Below are positions 11,269-24,759 of a stretch of DNA of 64,000 nt, piece by piece (the stretch's first letter is position 1; the number at the start of each line of letters is the position of its first letter). This DNA comes from Lama glama. Its lineage: Eukaryota. The position numbers and the translations under genes are program-made. Location of the stretch: NCBI GenBank assembly GCA_028534125.1, contig CM052816.1:59832001-59896000 (forward strand), written 5' to 3'. The notes beneath the pieces were generated by a model that saw only the letters and a list, made by a program, of their open reading frames with translations, was not told the origin of the DNA and did not search any database.

Positions 11269-13639
11269 CTTTAAGTATTTGACATTCGGTCTTCTTCATT
11301 TTAAAACTGAAGTGTCAGACTCAACGCAGGTTCATTCTTCCTCTCTGCCTGTACTGGCCAGGCCTGTCTGGAGGAAAGGGAAGAGGTATGCTGTTCCCAC
11401 ACCTCCTCTTACTCTCACAAGCTCTTTCTCTCAGGGGTAGGGGCCAGGAGAAGAAATGGGAGAGGCAGTTTTCCCTAGGGGACTGCTCTAGTAAGGCTGA
11501 CATCTTCTCCTAGGCTGACTGCTGCTATCTTTCTCCAGCACCACTGTGTTCACAGGGTAGTCATCCATGTGCTGCCTGTCTCCTAAGCCAATCCCATGTG
11601 TTCTTCAGAGCAAACAGCTGGGGTCTTCTCAGTGCATGGTTTCTGAGGAGGAGATTCAGCTGTAATGTAAACTTTTTCCTCAACCCCTCCTTCAGCTTTC
11701 ACCCTGGAGGTCCACCACCCCTGGTAATCTCTTTCTGCCACATAGGCTGCTCTCCTTGGTAGCACACCAGCAAGCTAAACTATGGTTTGCTGGTTCACTC
11801 AGTCTGAAAACAATTCACATATCTTGCCATGCTAAGCAGTAGGAGTACAGGCTGCTTGGTCTTTACCTCCTCTTTTGGCCCACAGTCACTCTCTAATTCT
11901 CTTTCTCCACTTCAGCTGCTTACACAGTTGCCCATCAGGGTAATGAAAAGGCAGCCCCTCCAATCTGACTGGTGATTCTCTGGACACCTTCTTGAATTGG
12001 CTTCAAGGGAAGCCAAAGCCCCCACCTTATTACCACAATGTGAAAATAAAAGAGAGCTTCTCTCCAGGAACACTATGCTTCCTACAAGTGACCAGCTCTC
12101 TCTACCAGTCCTCTTGCTATCATGATCAGGTGGGAAAGAGGAGGAGTTGGATTAATGACGCTGACTCTGGGGCATCCTTTTAGGCTGGGAGCACAGCTCT
12201 ACATGCTGACAGCCCTCACAACTTTGCCAACTGGGTTCTTGATGGTTTGGTATCCACTTTTGGCCTTAGCCACAATTCTGGGACCTTTTAAATTCTTCAG
12301 AATGTAAAGCTGATGTAATTACTGACGGTAGAGGGGAAGGTTGAGAAACAGCCATCCCCACCTTCATAAACATGCCTGCTACTTCGACTCGAAATAAAGA
12401 TTCTGTCTGTAAATTCTAAGATTGTTTTAGGATTGTGCTTCCAACCTAGTCTACTTTTGGCCATGAGGCCTACCTTCTTGTACCAGGGAGTTACAATCCA
12501 GGAAGACTGTGGGAGTGGCAATGAATAGGAGTGGATAAAACTGAAGCTTGACAACTAAGGTCCCCGACTACTGAGATGGACTTGGAGGACTAAAACACTG
12601 GAGTTTCTTGGAGAAAGACTACGTGGAGTCTGAATCATGAGTCCTAGCAACCCAGTGTCTTAGCAAAATAAAGTCCAGTAACCATTTGAAACTTTTGGTA
12701 AGAACTACTGGAAATTCTTTAAATGTGAATAACTGTCATTTTTTTCATTGTCTTTCCTATTCTCCTTCCAATCAGAAACACCTTGAACAATGTTTAATAG
12801 CTGTTTTCTGATAGAACATTTCTTTCTCACAAAAAGCCTCTGCCACAGGAAATCAGTGAATAATCTGTAAATGCTCTCAAATGATAAAAGGGATGGAAAT
12901 GGAAAAGTAATTGCGTGTCTTGCACCTGCCTCCTGAAATTCATTAGCAGCTTATGGTACTCTGAAATCCTCTTTGAGGACATTCAAAACAATCACACGAT
13001 TGTTCTGCCTCATCCTGTGTTTTATGATTGATTCCAGCACTTAAGTGGCACAGACACTGAGAAAGGTTTTAGATACACAGCCTGTTTTCAGACACAGAAG
13101 AGATCTCCTCCTACCATTAATGCGGAATTCTCACCACTTCTCAGAGGCACCTGTTTTTGCTTCATGGAGCCAAACCAGCTTGAAACTAGCAAATGAAGTA
13201 ACGCAGGAGGCAAAGGGAAGTCTGAAAACTGATTGTACTTTCAAAGTAACTTCACAAGCAGAAATGTCGAATCAGTATCTCCTTCAGTGCTCTAATTTAT
13301 TTATTAGAAACACTTCATATCCTTACACAGAAATACTGAACATAGGTTTAGGTGCACAAAGAGGAGAATCTTTCTCCTTTCCATATCTCACTCAACTGAC
13401 ATTCCTCAGATATTGCACATATGGACTATCCGCCCCGGCTCCTCGATGCCTTCCTTTCCTTAGTGCTCTTCTGTAGGCTTCTGCGGTGGGCTTCACCCCA
13501 TTTATTCCCCACAGTCATGCTGCAAGGTTTTCAGGGCAACGTTCTCACTGACGAGGAGTATCACTTCTCCACTTACCGCCCCCATGCCCTTCCTATTACA
13601 GCTGTTCATGAATAACTGTCTCTAGAAGAGGAAATGCTA

Positions 13640-13790
13640 ATCACTGTGACCCTTCACTGAGCATCTACTGTGTGAGGCTGTGATACACTATCAACATTTC
13701 TTCACAACAATATAGAAAAAAAGTATACGTTTAGCCCACTTGATAGGGGAAACGGAGGCTCAGAGAGACTGTGACTGGCCAAAGACCACC
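13640..13790 (-). mobile_element. MIR SINE
   Basis: cactgagcatctactgtgtg ... gggaaacggaggctcagagag. Confidence 0.65.
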
Positions 13791-14939
13791 TATCTCTTTC
13801 GGGAAGGTTATGTCTCAACAAAAATGGTCAAAATGCCATAAACTGGGCCCTGCTAAGACTTCGAGGGACACCTCTCTGAGGGGTGAGACTAGATTATTTA
13901 TTTCAAGAGTTCGAGCAAATCTGGTCAATTCATCAGAAGTTGGTTTTCAACCACAGCATCCCAGGTGCAGAGAGGGATAAGGAGCAACTACATGACGACA
14001 TTGTCCTGCCCTCAGGAATAGACATTTCACTGACCAGACAAGACGAGCCCAGGATAAAGATGATCAGATACCACAGGTACAAAACAGCAGAGTCGTGAAG
14101 TGCAAAGCTGTGCTGCAGACAAAGAGTGTTAACAATGCCAGAGCCATGGCTTCAATTTCAGGAAGACGGAACTGAGATGGGTCTGCAAAACGCATTGTGA
14201 TTTCAACAAAGGGGGAGGAGGGCAAAAGGATTCTCAGACCCAATGTCAGTCAGTTCCTACGTAATCAAATCCTGCCTTCCCCCCATTTTTTGCCCAAAGG
14301 AGAAACCTCACCTTGCTGTCATGCAGCGCTAGGGCACAGGGTTCCTACAGAATGTGAGCCTGAGAAGTGGATGCAGGCTGCGCTCACTCGCAGCTCCCCA
14401 ACCCAAAAAGCCAGCCACACCTGGGGACTCCCTTGGGCTACTGCTTATTGAGCTCAGCTCCAATTAACTGACTTGAAATTCAGTGTTAAGTTGCTCTCAG
14501 TTCTACCTGGCACGAGCTTGATTTGCAAGCTATATCTGCCTTTCTCAATCAAAACAGAAAATAGGCAGATATCAGGCTGCTTAACTATTCAAAGCCCCTG
14601 TGCAACCCAGCACCACTCATCTTGCCATCAGAAAAGTGAAACCACTCTTTTTTACCCCTGAGAACCACACTTTTGTCACTATCTCCCCCCGACCAGGCTC
14701 CTTTGAGGCAGCTGTTTTTATATGAGGCTTTCAAATGCTCAGGGAGAGTACATTTATTAACTATTCTAGCATTTTCTGAACTTATAATTTTTATAGAAGT
14801 ATTGCCCTTATGTGCCTCATATATTTAAAATAATTTTTTTTTGAATTACAATACTATTAAAAAATGTTCATCTTATTCCCTGGTATGCAGTAAGTACCAA
14901 ATCACCATTAATCAATCTTCTTGTCTCTCTTTCTCTCAA

Positions 14940-15070
14940 AATCAACAGATGAAGAAACAAGCTCAAAGAGATTAAGAATCTTACCAAAGTCCCAGATCTA
15001 AAAGTATGGGTCCTATGAGATGAACTTAGGATGGTGGGAAGCCTAAGCTCCTGTTCTTTCTACTGGACAA
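14940..15070 (-). mobile_element. MIR SINE fragment
   Basis: acagatgaagaaacaagctcaaagagattaagaatcttaccaaagtc. Confidence 0.6.
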
Positions 15071-15164
15071 AACTGCTTCCAAAAATATAACCAGAAGTTT
15101 AGCTTATCTGGGATATATGATTCAGATAGGCTCTCTCTCATTCTCATTCCCTCTCTCTCCCTAT

Positions 15165-18100
15165 TTTGATTAAATTCATTGAACTACAGGTTGCATACAA
15201 TAAAACTGAGTCATATTAGGTGTACAGTCTTACAGGTTTGGCAAATTTGTACAGTTATAGAACCAACACCACAATCAAAATATAGCACTTAAATTGACAC
15301 AACATTGTAAACTGACCATACTTCAATAAAAATATATATATATACAAAAAATATACATAGCACTTGCCATCACCCCAGAGTCTCTCCTGCCCCTTTTTAG
15401 TTAATCCCCTCCCTGCACCCTTAGACCTTGGGATTTGATTTCTCTTACTATGGTTTTGTCTTTTACAGAATGTCATATAAATGAAGTCATATTGAATAAA
15501 GCCTTTTTAAAAAATTGAGCTTTAATTCATACACTGTAAAATTTACCCCCTTTAAAGTACAATTCAGTGGTGGTTAGTACATCTGCAAAGTTGTGCAACT
15601 ATCACAACTAACTCTAGAACACTTTCCTCAGTTAAAAAATCCAACCAACACCACACTCGTGCCTCTCCCCACAGCACCTAAAAACCACCAATCTACTTTT
15701 TATCACCATGGATTTGCCTATTCTGGACATTTCTTATAAATGGAATTACACAATATGTGGCCTTTTGTGTCTGGTTTCACATGTTTTCAGGGTTCACCCA
15801 TCTTGTATCCTGTATCAGAACTTTGTTCCTTCTCATGGCCGAATGACATTCTATTGTGTGGATATTCCTTATTTCATTTATCCATTCATGAGTCGATGAA
15901 TTCGGGATTTTTTTCTTACTTTCTGGCTGTTATGAATAACGCTGCTATGAACATTCATGTAAAAATTTTGATGTGAACATATGTTTTAAATTATTTGGGG
16001 CCTATACCTTCAAGTGGACTTTCTACCTCATCTGGTAACTCTGTGCTTACCTTCTTGAGTGACTGCCAAACTATCAAAGTGGCCATTCCCTTCTTCTATA
16101 TCTCAGTTAGGTTGTCTTTTTTATAGCCTTTTTTCTGACTTATTCCACATAGTACAATGCTTTGGAAAGTCATTCATGTTGTTGTATCCCTGTTTATTGT
16201 TGAGCAGTATTTCATTGGATGGATATACACTATTTGATGAAAATTTGGGTTGTTTCCACTTTGGGGCAATTTTGAATAAAGCTACTGTAAAAATTCTTCT
16301 ACAAGTTTTTGTTTGGACATACATTTTCATTATACTTGGGTACAGAAGTAAGATTATTGCATCATATGGTAGTATATGTTGATCTTTATAAGAAACAAAC
16401 TGGTTTTCAAAATAGCTGTACCATTTTGCACCAGAAATGTCTGAATGTACAGTATAACTCATATACAGTTTCACAGCTCCATGCCAGCACTCAGCATTTT
16501 TAATCTTGAATTTTAGCCATTCTGGTACATACATAGTAGTATCTCATTGTGGTTTTACATGCCATATTTAATTTGCAACGTATAGTGATATTGGCCTTTC
16601 CTTTTTCATTTTTTCAAACTTTGGGGGGGTTTCTATTTGTTGTTTTAAATTAAGAGGCTTTTCTAAAAGATCAGTTTTATGTTTATAGAAGAAAGTACAG
16701 AGAGTTTCCATATATCCTACTCACCATCCTAGTTTCCCCTATTATAAATATCTTGTATTAGTGTGGCATACTTATTACAACTGATGAGACAATATTGGTC
16801 CATTATTATTAACTACAGCCCATAGGTTGTATTACGTTCATTGTTTGTGGTTTACATATGGATTCTGACAAATGTATAATGACATATCCACCATACAATA
16901 TCATACAGAATAGTCTCCCTGCCCTAAAAATCCCTGGGTTCCACTTACTCATCCCTCCCTTCCACTTTCTAAACCCCTGGCAAACACAAATTTTTTTTTT
17001 TAACTGTCTCTATAGTTTTGCTTTATCCAGCATGTCATACAGTTGGAAGTATGTAGTATGTAGACTTTTCAGATTGATTTATTTAGCCATATTCACTTAA
17101 GGTTCCTCCATGTGTTTTCATGGCTTGATAATTCATTACTTTTTATTGCTAAGTCATATTCCATGTATAGATGGACCATATTTTGTTTATCCACTGACCT
17201 ATTAAAGAACTTCTTGGTTGTTTCCAAAATTTGGCAGTTATTAATAAAACTGCTATAAACATTTACGTGCAGATTTTTGTGTGGACTTAAGTTTTCCACT
17301 CACTTAAGACCAAGAAATACAAATGCTAGATTATGTGGTAAGAATATATTCATTTTGGAAGAAAATGTTATCATATCCCCCAAAATGGCTGTACTATTTC
17401 ACATTCCTACCAGCTGAGAATCTGAATTCCTGTTGTCCAATATCCTCACCAGCATTTGTTGTTACTAGTTTGAGGATTTTAGCCACTCTAATAGGTTTAT
17501 AAAGGTATCTCATTGTTATTTTAATTTAAAGTCCCCTAATGATACATGATGTTGAACATCTTTTCATATGCTTATTTGCCACCTGTTTATCTTTTTTGGT
17601 GAGATATCTGTTCAGACCTTTTTCTCATTTTTAATTGGGTTGTTTTCTTATTGTTAAGCTTTAAGTTTTCTTTGTATATTTTAGATACCACTCAGATATG
17701 TGTTTTGCATGCATCATCTCCAATCTGTGGCTTGTCTTTTTATTCTTCCATAATCAATGTTTTAGCAGAGCAAAATTTTTTAATTTAATAAAATTCAATT
17801 TCAAAAAACAATTTTTCTTGAACAGATTGTGCTTTTGGTGTTGTGACTAAAAAGTCCTTACTAAACTTGTGGTGACCTGGATTTTCTACTATGATTATCT
17901 TCTATGAGTTTTAAGTTTTAAGTTTTGCATTTTACATTTAGATCTATGATCAATTTTGAGTTAACTTTTTGTGAAAGGTATAAGGGGTGTGTTTGCATGT
18001 AAATGTCCAGTTGTTGAAAAGACTATTCTTTCCCTGTTGAATTGCCTTTGCTCCTTCGTCAAAGATAAGTTGACTTTGTATAGGTATTTCTGGGTTCTCT

Positions 18101-18670
18101 ATTGATCTATTTGTCTATTCTTTTACCAATAACACAATGTCTTGATTACTGCAGCTTTAAAGAAGTCTTGAAATCAGGTAATATTAGTCTTTGGACTCTG
18201 TTCTCCTTCAATACACTGTGGGGTCGTTTGCCTTCCCATGTAAACATTAGAATTGGTTTAATGATATTCACAAAATAACTTGCTGAGATTTTGATTGATA
18301 TTTGAATAAATGTACAGATCAACTTGAAAAGAACAGACATCTTGATAATATTGAATCTTCCTATCGATATACATGGAATATCTCTTTATTCAGATTGATT
18401 GAGAGTTACAAAATAGTCTCTCTACTTCAGATCTTCTTGATTTCTTCATCAGAGTTTTATTGTTTTTCTCACAAAGAACTTACATGTATTTTGTTAGCTT
18501 AATACTTCGGGGGTTTTTTCATTGTTACTAATGCAAATGACATTGTATTTTTAATTTCAAATTCCCATTGTTTATTGATGTCTATAAGGAACCAACTGAT
18601 TTTTTGTATATTAATATCCTGCAACTTTGCTGTAATGACTTGTTAGTTTCAGGAGTTCTTTGCTTATTAT
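15165..18670 (-). mobile_element. Cluster of nested antisense L1M elements (L1MB/L1MC/L1ME-type 3' UTRs and ORF2 remnants)
   Basis: Repeated L1 antisense motifs: ggatttgcctattctggacatttc, gctgctatgaacattcatgt, gttgaacatcttttcatatgcttatttgcc, ttgttgaaaagactattctttccc, gattactgcagcttta; L1MC-like 3' UTR at 16640-17100. Confidence 0.9.
15291..15356 (+). mobile_element. Extremely truncated young L1 3' terminus
   Basis: aaattgacacaacattgtaaactgaccatacttcaataaaaa plus an AT tail, flanked by an atagcactt duplication. Confidence 0.8.
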
Positions 18671-18769
18671 ATATATACATCTTGACAGCACCCCAATCTC
18701 ACAGGTACCATCTCTAATTTGGCACTTTGTGCTTTCAAGAAGGCAATTCCAATAACAAATTCTGGGCTA

Positions 18770-19400
18770 CGTAATATGTGGTAGGAATAAGATCATATGG
18801 TCATATGCCCCTTGTCATAGTCTCCTGCATGAAATGGCTCTCCAGATCTGAGGCAATGTCAATAAATCAAATATTCTGTGTGTCTTTGACTAGTAGGTGG
18901 GAAAGGCAACCTCATAACTGAAAATCAGGTATATCTTGGTCAGGACAATTCATGGCCTTTCCAGGGCAGAAGCGGTCTCATATAATCCACTTGTTATCAA
19001 GTAGCTGGTTAGTCTCATTGAGTTGTGAAGCCATATCATGGGCTCAGAATTTCTCTCAGCTATCAAGAGACTGGACATTCATCAATAACAGTAACTAGAT
19101 CACTCTTGGTGCAAGGTGTCCATGCTCGGGGGTCAATGTGTAGTCTCCATTTCTTTACCAGGGCTGTCCCTTCCACAGGCCCACTGTGCATGCTCTAGAA
19201 TGGTAGAGTGCAAGGACTGGCTGCAATCCACTGGATGTGTCGCTCTTCTCACACAAGTGTTCAGCATTTTTCCTGAAGGGAATGCTCTCTAGTGATAAAC
19301 TTAATGTCCAAAGATCCTCAGCCTTTTGAGGGCCCATTCCCATATGTCTGATTACATGCCTCTTCCCCAGACTTCCTTATCTTCAATCTTACAATCTCCT
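18770..19400 (-). mobile_element. Decayed ERVL/MaLR internal sequence (pol: RNase H end and integrase N-terminus/core)
   Basis: Minus strand tracks the ERVL integrase region HGLPLTKADL..ECP..LSPRYG..DQPATWWQVDYIGPLPSWKG (e.g. aaccagctacttgataacaagtggattatatgagaccgcttctgccctggaaagg), with many stops and frameshifts. Confidence 0.75.
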
Positions 19401-19686
19401 TCCCTCCTGATGAGTGTTAAAATATAAACATTAGCTAGATCAATAGCCATATACCATATATGTGAGGCTGTGTTGAATTTTTCTATTAAAGATACTACAC
19501 TTAGCTCAGCAGCTGTGATCAGTACTATCACTGAGTTGTTTGTAATGCTCTGCTGTCATCTGTTTTTGTAGGGGAAAGACTGGTGACTTGAATGAGGATG
19601 TACGAGCGTGACTAGCACTGTATCATTTATGTCTTTGAGAGTGCAGTAATCCCTGCCATTCCACTGAGGATGCAGTATTGTTTTTT

Positions 19687-19717
19687 GGTGGTGGTGGTCG
19701 TGGTGGTGGTGGTGGTT
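19687..19717 (+). repeat. (GGT)n imperfect trinucleotide microsatellite
   Basis: ggtggtggtggtcgtggtggtggtggtggtt read directly from the sequence. Confidence 0.9.
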
Positions 19718-21440
19718 GTTTTTAACTTACAATCTTGGCCAGGAAGGGAAACATTTTCAGGGGTTTCCAGTAAAGACCTTAGTTTTTCCTACTCTCCTGC
19801 ACAGGTCAAACAATAAAGGTGGTCTCTTCCACTTGCTAAGTAGGTTCATCCTGACTATGAATTTGGGAAACAGAACTGCCAGGTGGATCTACAGATTCAA
19901 TGGGCCCACTGTTAGACAGATCTAGGTAAAGATTCGACTTAACATCCCCCATTTGTCTCTGCCTCATTGCAGTTACTGGGTTTAGTGGACCACCTCCAAC
20001 TACCACAGTGTATGTTTATGAAAGGAGAGACAGTTTTATGCTATGAACTCTTAATGCTATCATGACTGAAAGTTTTGAGGTGCCAATGCTTTGGTCTTTA
20101 TAATAGATCCTTTTATCCATCAAAGATTGGCAGTTACCACATACACATATCTGACTGTGTTGAAGTTTCTTTTTTTTTTTTTTTTTTACTTATTTCCCCT
20201 ATGAATTATCAGTTCCTTGACACTGTCCTCTATGTTGTTTGATGTTTCTACAAAGCCTAAATACTAATAATTGGTCAGTAAATGTCTGCTAAAGGAACCA
20301 CATTCTTTATAGGTTTTCTATACTTATGACTCTGTAAATGACTCACAGTAATTTTTCAATAATAGTAAGTGGAAGTAATTTTAAAATACACATATGGGAT
20401 CTGACATTCCATAACTGTCAGATATTAGCCCCCAAATTTGGATATAATGTGATTTGTCTATGCACCATTAAAACACAGTGCTCTCAGACACAAAGTATTG
20501 GCTCAGCCTGTCACCACATGTTGGCTCCAATCTCTTACCAGAGCCTGCTTTTCAGCAAAGGGCACAAGACACGACCATCAGTTGCACCCAAATTGTATAG
20601 TTTATAACCTCCACCAACTGATGGGAGCTGACCCAAGTATACTCTCAAGTTGAAGAAATCTTGACGAGGTCTCTGGTTTACCAGTTTCAGGTGGGTGAAC
20701 TAAGGCAGGTACTTTAACCTCTCAAGCCTCAGGGCTCTGAGGGCAGAAGGGTAGACTCATGTCAAAATATGGAAGCTCCTTCTGAACCACTAACTGGAGT
20801 ATGAAGAAGAGGCATTTCTAGAAGTGACCATCCTGAGGTGACTAAATAACAGGTGTCCACCATCTTCAGTAATAAATGAACAAAAGAAAATACTTGTGTT
20901 CATTTACCTTAACAAAAATCAAGTAGCTTGAAAATGTTAAGTCAGCACCTTTGGGATACTGTATTATTCTACTTTCACATATTAAAAATTTCACATTTTC
21001 ATAAACTACTTTTAATAAAGGAATTAAAATACTTTAAAAAAATATCTTTAGGTAACAGAGTCCCTGGCTCACTGACAATCCAAGGCAGCTGCCTCTTCAT
21101 ACACTCAGCCATTGCAGTAGTTACAGCTTTTTGACAGCAGAATCAGGGCAAGATAAATTGACTTTAACATTTTTGTTAAAAATGAAAAGCCCCACAAACC
21201 TGGCCCATCAGTTCCAACTGGCAAGAATATAAATAGCAGATTCACTTTACATGCATAAAGCCAAAGGCCAAAAAGATGTTGTCTAAAGGTGATTAGAATG
21301 TGTGTGTTTATGGGATCAAGATGTGGCCACCCTCTGGCTTAGGGTCCATCTGATTTGGTCTGTTTATAAATAAAATTCCAAAGTGAACGAACCCACTTCC
21401 TGTTAGTCTTTCTTAATCTCATTTTTTTTTTCTTCTCAAG

Positions 21441-21542
21441 TATGAATTTGATGTCTTACACTGTTTGGAAGGAGAAAATGCTGTTTGTCTTTTATCAAAA
21501 TCTAAACAGCTGCAATCCAACAATGTTCATTCAATTTTAATA
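21441..21542 (+). other. Candidate 102-nt exon (unverified)
   Basis: Acceptor ttttttttttcttctcaag and donor ata|gtaagt; frame 0 is open (YEFDVLHCLEGENAVCLLSKSKQLQSNNVHSILI). Confidence 0.3.
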
Positions 21543-22729
21543 GTAAGTAAATAAATGTGAGCAATGACCGTATTATGGAAACATGTGGATCTAAGGTTCA
21601 AATTCAATGAATTTTACTTCCAATCTAGTTTCACAAGGTTTCAGATTTTCCTAAACTCTCTTCAGGTTTCTAAACTTTCTAGATAAGTATGGATAGCATA
21701 TTCTGTAGAAATAGTCTCCCAACTCACTCCCAATCTCTAGTTCTAAGCCTGTTTAGATCTGAATTTTGTTTTCTCTTGAAAGTTCAAAATAATTTACTTT
21801 GAGAGCAATCATGAGTGATCTGAAGATACGCCGGCTTGAAAACCATGGAGCAATTAAAGACATCATTATGCTTTCTAGATCAGGTGTAAAATGGACAGGA
21901 AAAACATGTGTATTTCTCTATAATCCCACCATGTGACTCACTGTTAACCCCAGTAATTGTGTACTTAAAGCTTGCTTCACTCATTAGCTAGCCATTTCCA
22001 TGTATTTGTACTTTAGATCAAACTTCGGGGGCATGTCAGAGTTTTAGAGGATCGAGGTGATTAAGGCTATCAGTCAACAATATTTACTATGAACCCACTG
22101 TGTGTTCACGTCCTTCAAAAAGGAAAGGTGGTCTGCCCTTGGATACTTGAAGGGTGGTTGCAATAAATCATATGGTGAGACAGCTTAAATTAAATAATGG
22201 TCTTAAGAACCAAGCTAACATTTAACTCTATTGAAAGACTAATTTGAAAATTAAAGTTCTATTTTTCTGTTGAAGCATATGTAAATATAGAACTAATCTG
22301 GAAAGACCCCTATGCTAATATAAAATGTGCTCTGAATAAATAAATTATTTTCTTCCAGCTAAGAGTATTTTGTTCAAAGGATTTTCTAAGGTTGTCTAAG
22401 ACAGCTATATAATAACTACTGGGTCATTAATTTCTTATTAATTTCCTAGAACATTCCCTTTGGCAGCTGACCTAAACTTTCTTTACTTTTCTCAAGGCCA
22501 AAGTCTGTTACTACGCCTCTGTTCTCAGGAGGTCAGAAGGGCATAGAACTTTTTCTTTTAGTTTATCAGTTGTTAGACCATGAGAAAGTGTATCAAGACA
22601 TAATAGAGAGAATGGTATACCACCCAGAGATTGTGAACTTCAAGGTAGAGACAGTAGCTGCATGAGATTTGAGGGGTTATCACCCCTGGGAGAGGCTAGT
22701 GCATAACATAGGTATGGGAGTACTTCTGT

Positions 22730-24030
22730 TTACAGTCAGGGTGGACTAACAGGCTTACGTTTCTGCCTTGAACAACTAGAACACTGGACCAGCTTTCAAA
22801 CATTGGACAATAGGCCACAGAAGAATATGATGACCATGATGCCTAGGAGGAGGGAAACAAAGAAAGTGGGCTCTAGGAGTGGCCCACATCACAACCTTGA
22901 GAACATTTCCAGACTGCAGAACATGGAGGAAGAACCTATTCAGAGCCTAGTGGTTTTCCTGTGTTGAGAAGATAAAGCTCAGAGTTCAGTAGGTGGCCAG
23001 GATTTGCAAGACAAAGTACCAGAGAGGAAAAACATGCACAGAGAAAGAAAGAGCTACAGAGATCGATGGAAGGTGAAGTTCAAGTCTATGCCTGAGGACT
23101 GACTGGTGCAGGATGTAAGGAAACTAAGTGGCAGTCACCAGAAATAAGCAGATGAAGTAATCCTCACAGGTGACAGAAAGCTGAGACTAGCCAGTTTTTT
23201 TAATTCCCAGAGACTAAGGATCTTCTAACACACAGGACAAGGCATTGCCTCAGTAGTGAGGGATAATCAGTCCTGGAGTACAGACTGTCCTGGACCCAAC
23301 GCAACAGAGCGCAAAACCAAGGATCAAACTGATTCCAAGTAACTTAACTTCATCTCAGGACAAAACCCCCAAATATTTAACAAAATATTGAAAAAATGTT
23401 TGGAAGAGAGATAAAATACAGTACCAATGTAAAATTACAACTATTATAAATACGTTTCTCATGTTCAAGAAGGTAGAAGAAAGTGTAAGCATGATGAGAA
23501 AGGAAATGATAGATGTAAAAAAAAGACCGAAATCAAACTTCTGCAGATGGAATATACACTGAGATGAAGAGTTTACTGAATGGGGTTAACCAGAGATTAG
23601 ACTTTCCAGAAGAAAGATCACTAAATGTGAACAAAGAACAATAGAAACTACTCTAAATGTAATACAGAGAGAAACAGTTAGCAGGATATCAATGAGCTGT
23701 GGGACAACATCAAGTGACTTCCTCAGAAGGAGAGAAGGGTAGAGGGGCAGGAAAAGTATTTGAAATTATAATGGCTGCTGATTTTCCAAATGTAATGTAA
23801 TCTGTAGACCACAGATCCAAGAAGAGCAACAAAATCCAAGCAGAAGGAACATTAAGAAAAGCACATGTAGGCACATCATAATCAATTGCTGAAAAACTGA
23901 TGAAAAGGAAAAAATCTTAAAAGCAGCCACAGGAAAATAAGACACACTATGGAAGAACAAAAATAAGAATAAAAGCAGACTTCTAGTCAGAAACAGTGTA
24001 GTCCAGAAGACAGTAGAGCAACATCCTTAG
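22730..24030 (+). mobile_element. Old L1M 5' region and ORF1 remnant
   Basis: gagctgtgggacaacatcaag, aaaagtatttgaaattataatggctg, cacagatccaagaagagcaac, cacatcataatcaattgctgaaaa, gcagacttctagtcagaaaca. Confidence 0.85.
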
Positions 24031-24034
24031 AAAG

Positions 24035-24350
24035 AAGAAGTCTCACAAAGTAAAAAGCCTTTTGCCTTGAGCCTTCCTTTCCATCTTAAAGAAGCCTGAG
24101 GATGGGATGTCTGCAACACTAACTGCCAACCTGACATCATGAGGCAATAGCTTGAGGACCAAAAAAAAAAAAAAAAAAAAATCACCCTAAGGATGGTAGA
24201 GTAGAAAGACAGATGGAGCCCGGTCTGATTCATTTTTGAGCTGCCAAGTCAATCTTGAAGCCCTTTCACTCTGGATTATATGTTAAGTAAACAGGAAACA
24301 CACTGATGTTTTAAGCTACAGATTATCCGGTTACATGCAGCCAAATACAG
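24035..24350 (+). mobile_element. Old MLT1 (J/K/L-like) LTR fragment
   Basis: ctaaggatggtagagtagaaagacagatggagccc...ctctggattatatgttaagt...gttacatgcagccaaa. Confidence 0.6.
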
Positions 24351-24759
24351 ACTATGGCCTTGAGGCTTTCTTCTCCACTAAGAAGATATGGTCATTTAGC
24401 GTCAGTTCCCTCACCCACCATCCTCTCTGCCTCTGGCTCGATGCTCTAGTGCATAGTTTTGCCTACAGTCTTAAAGGGAAAACACTTCTCTTTCTTATCA
24501 CAGCAAAGTCCATTTGGGTTCTGTGTCTTTCTTTTCTTTTGTTTCCTCCAGGAATTTGTTTTCTAGCATTTCCAACAACTACTTTTCCATTGCTTTAATT
24601 CCTTTTCCTCACTGCTTAATTCAGGTGACTCCTTACTGGGTAGAATCTATCATTTTCTCTTTGGCACCTCAAATTAGTGGTCAGTGCTTGTTGTTCTATA
24701 CCTCCCCATCAACTTGTTCCTCACCTTGCAAACATTCTACTTCTTCTCTTTATTTTAAT

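Noticed and set aside
13045..13476. 143-aa ORF
   Set aside because: GTG start, no recognisable homology, no exon structure, and a length expected by chance.
16059..16534. Overlapping 107- and 137-aa ORFs
   Set aside because: These are L1 ORF2 C-terminal remnants (TVALFKIAPKWKQPK), not host genes.
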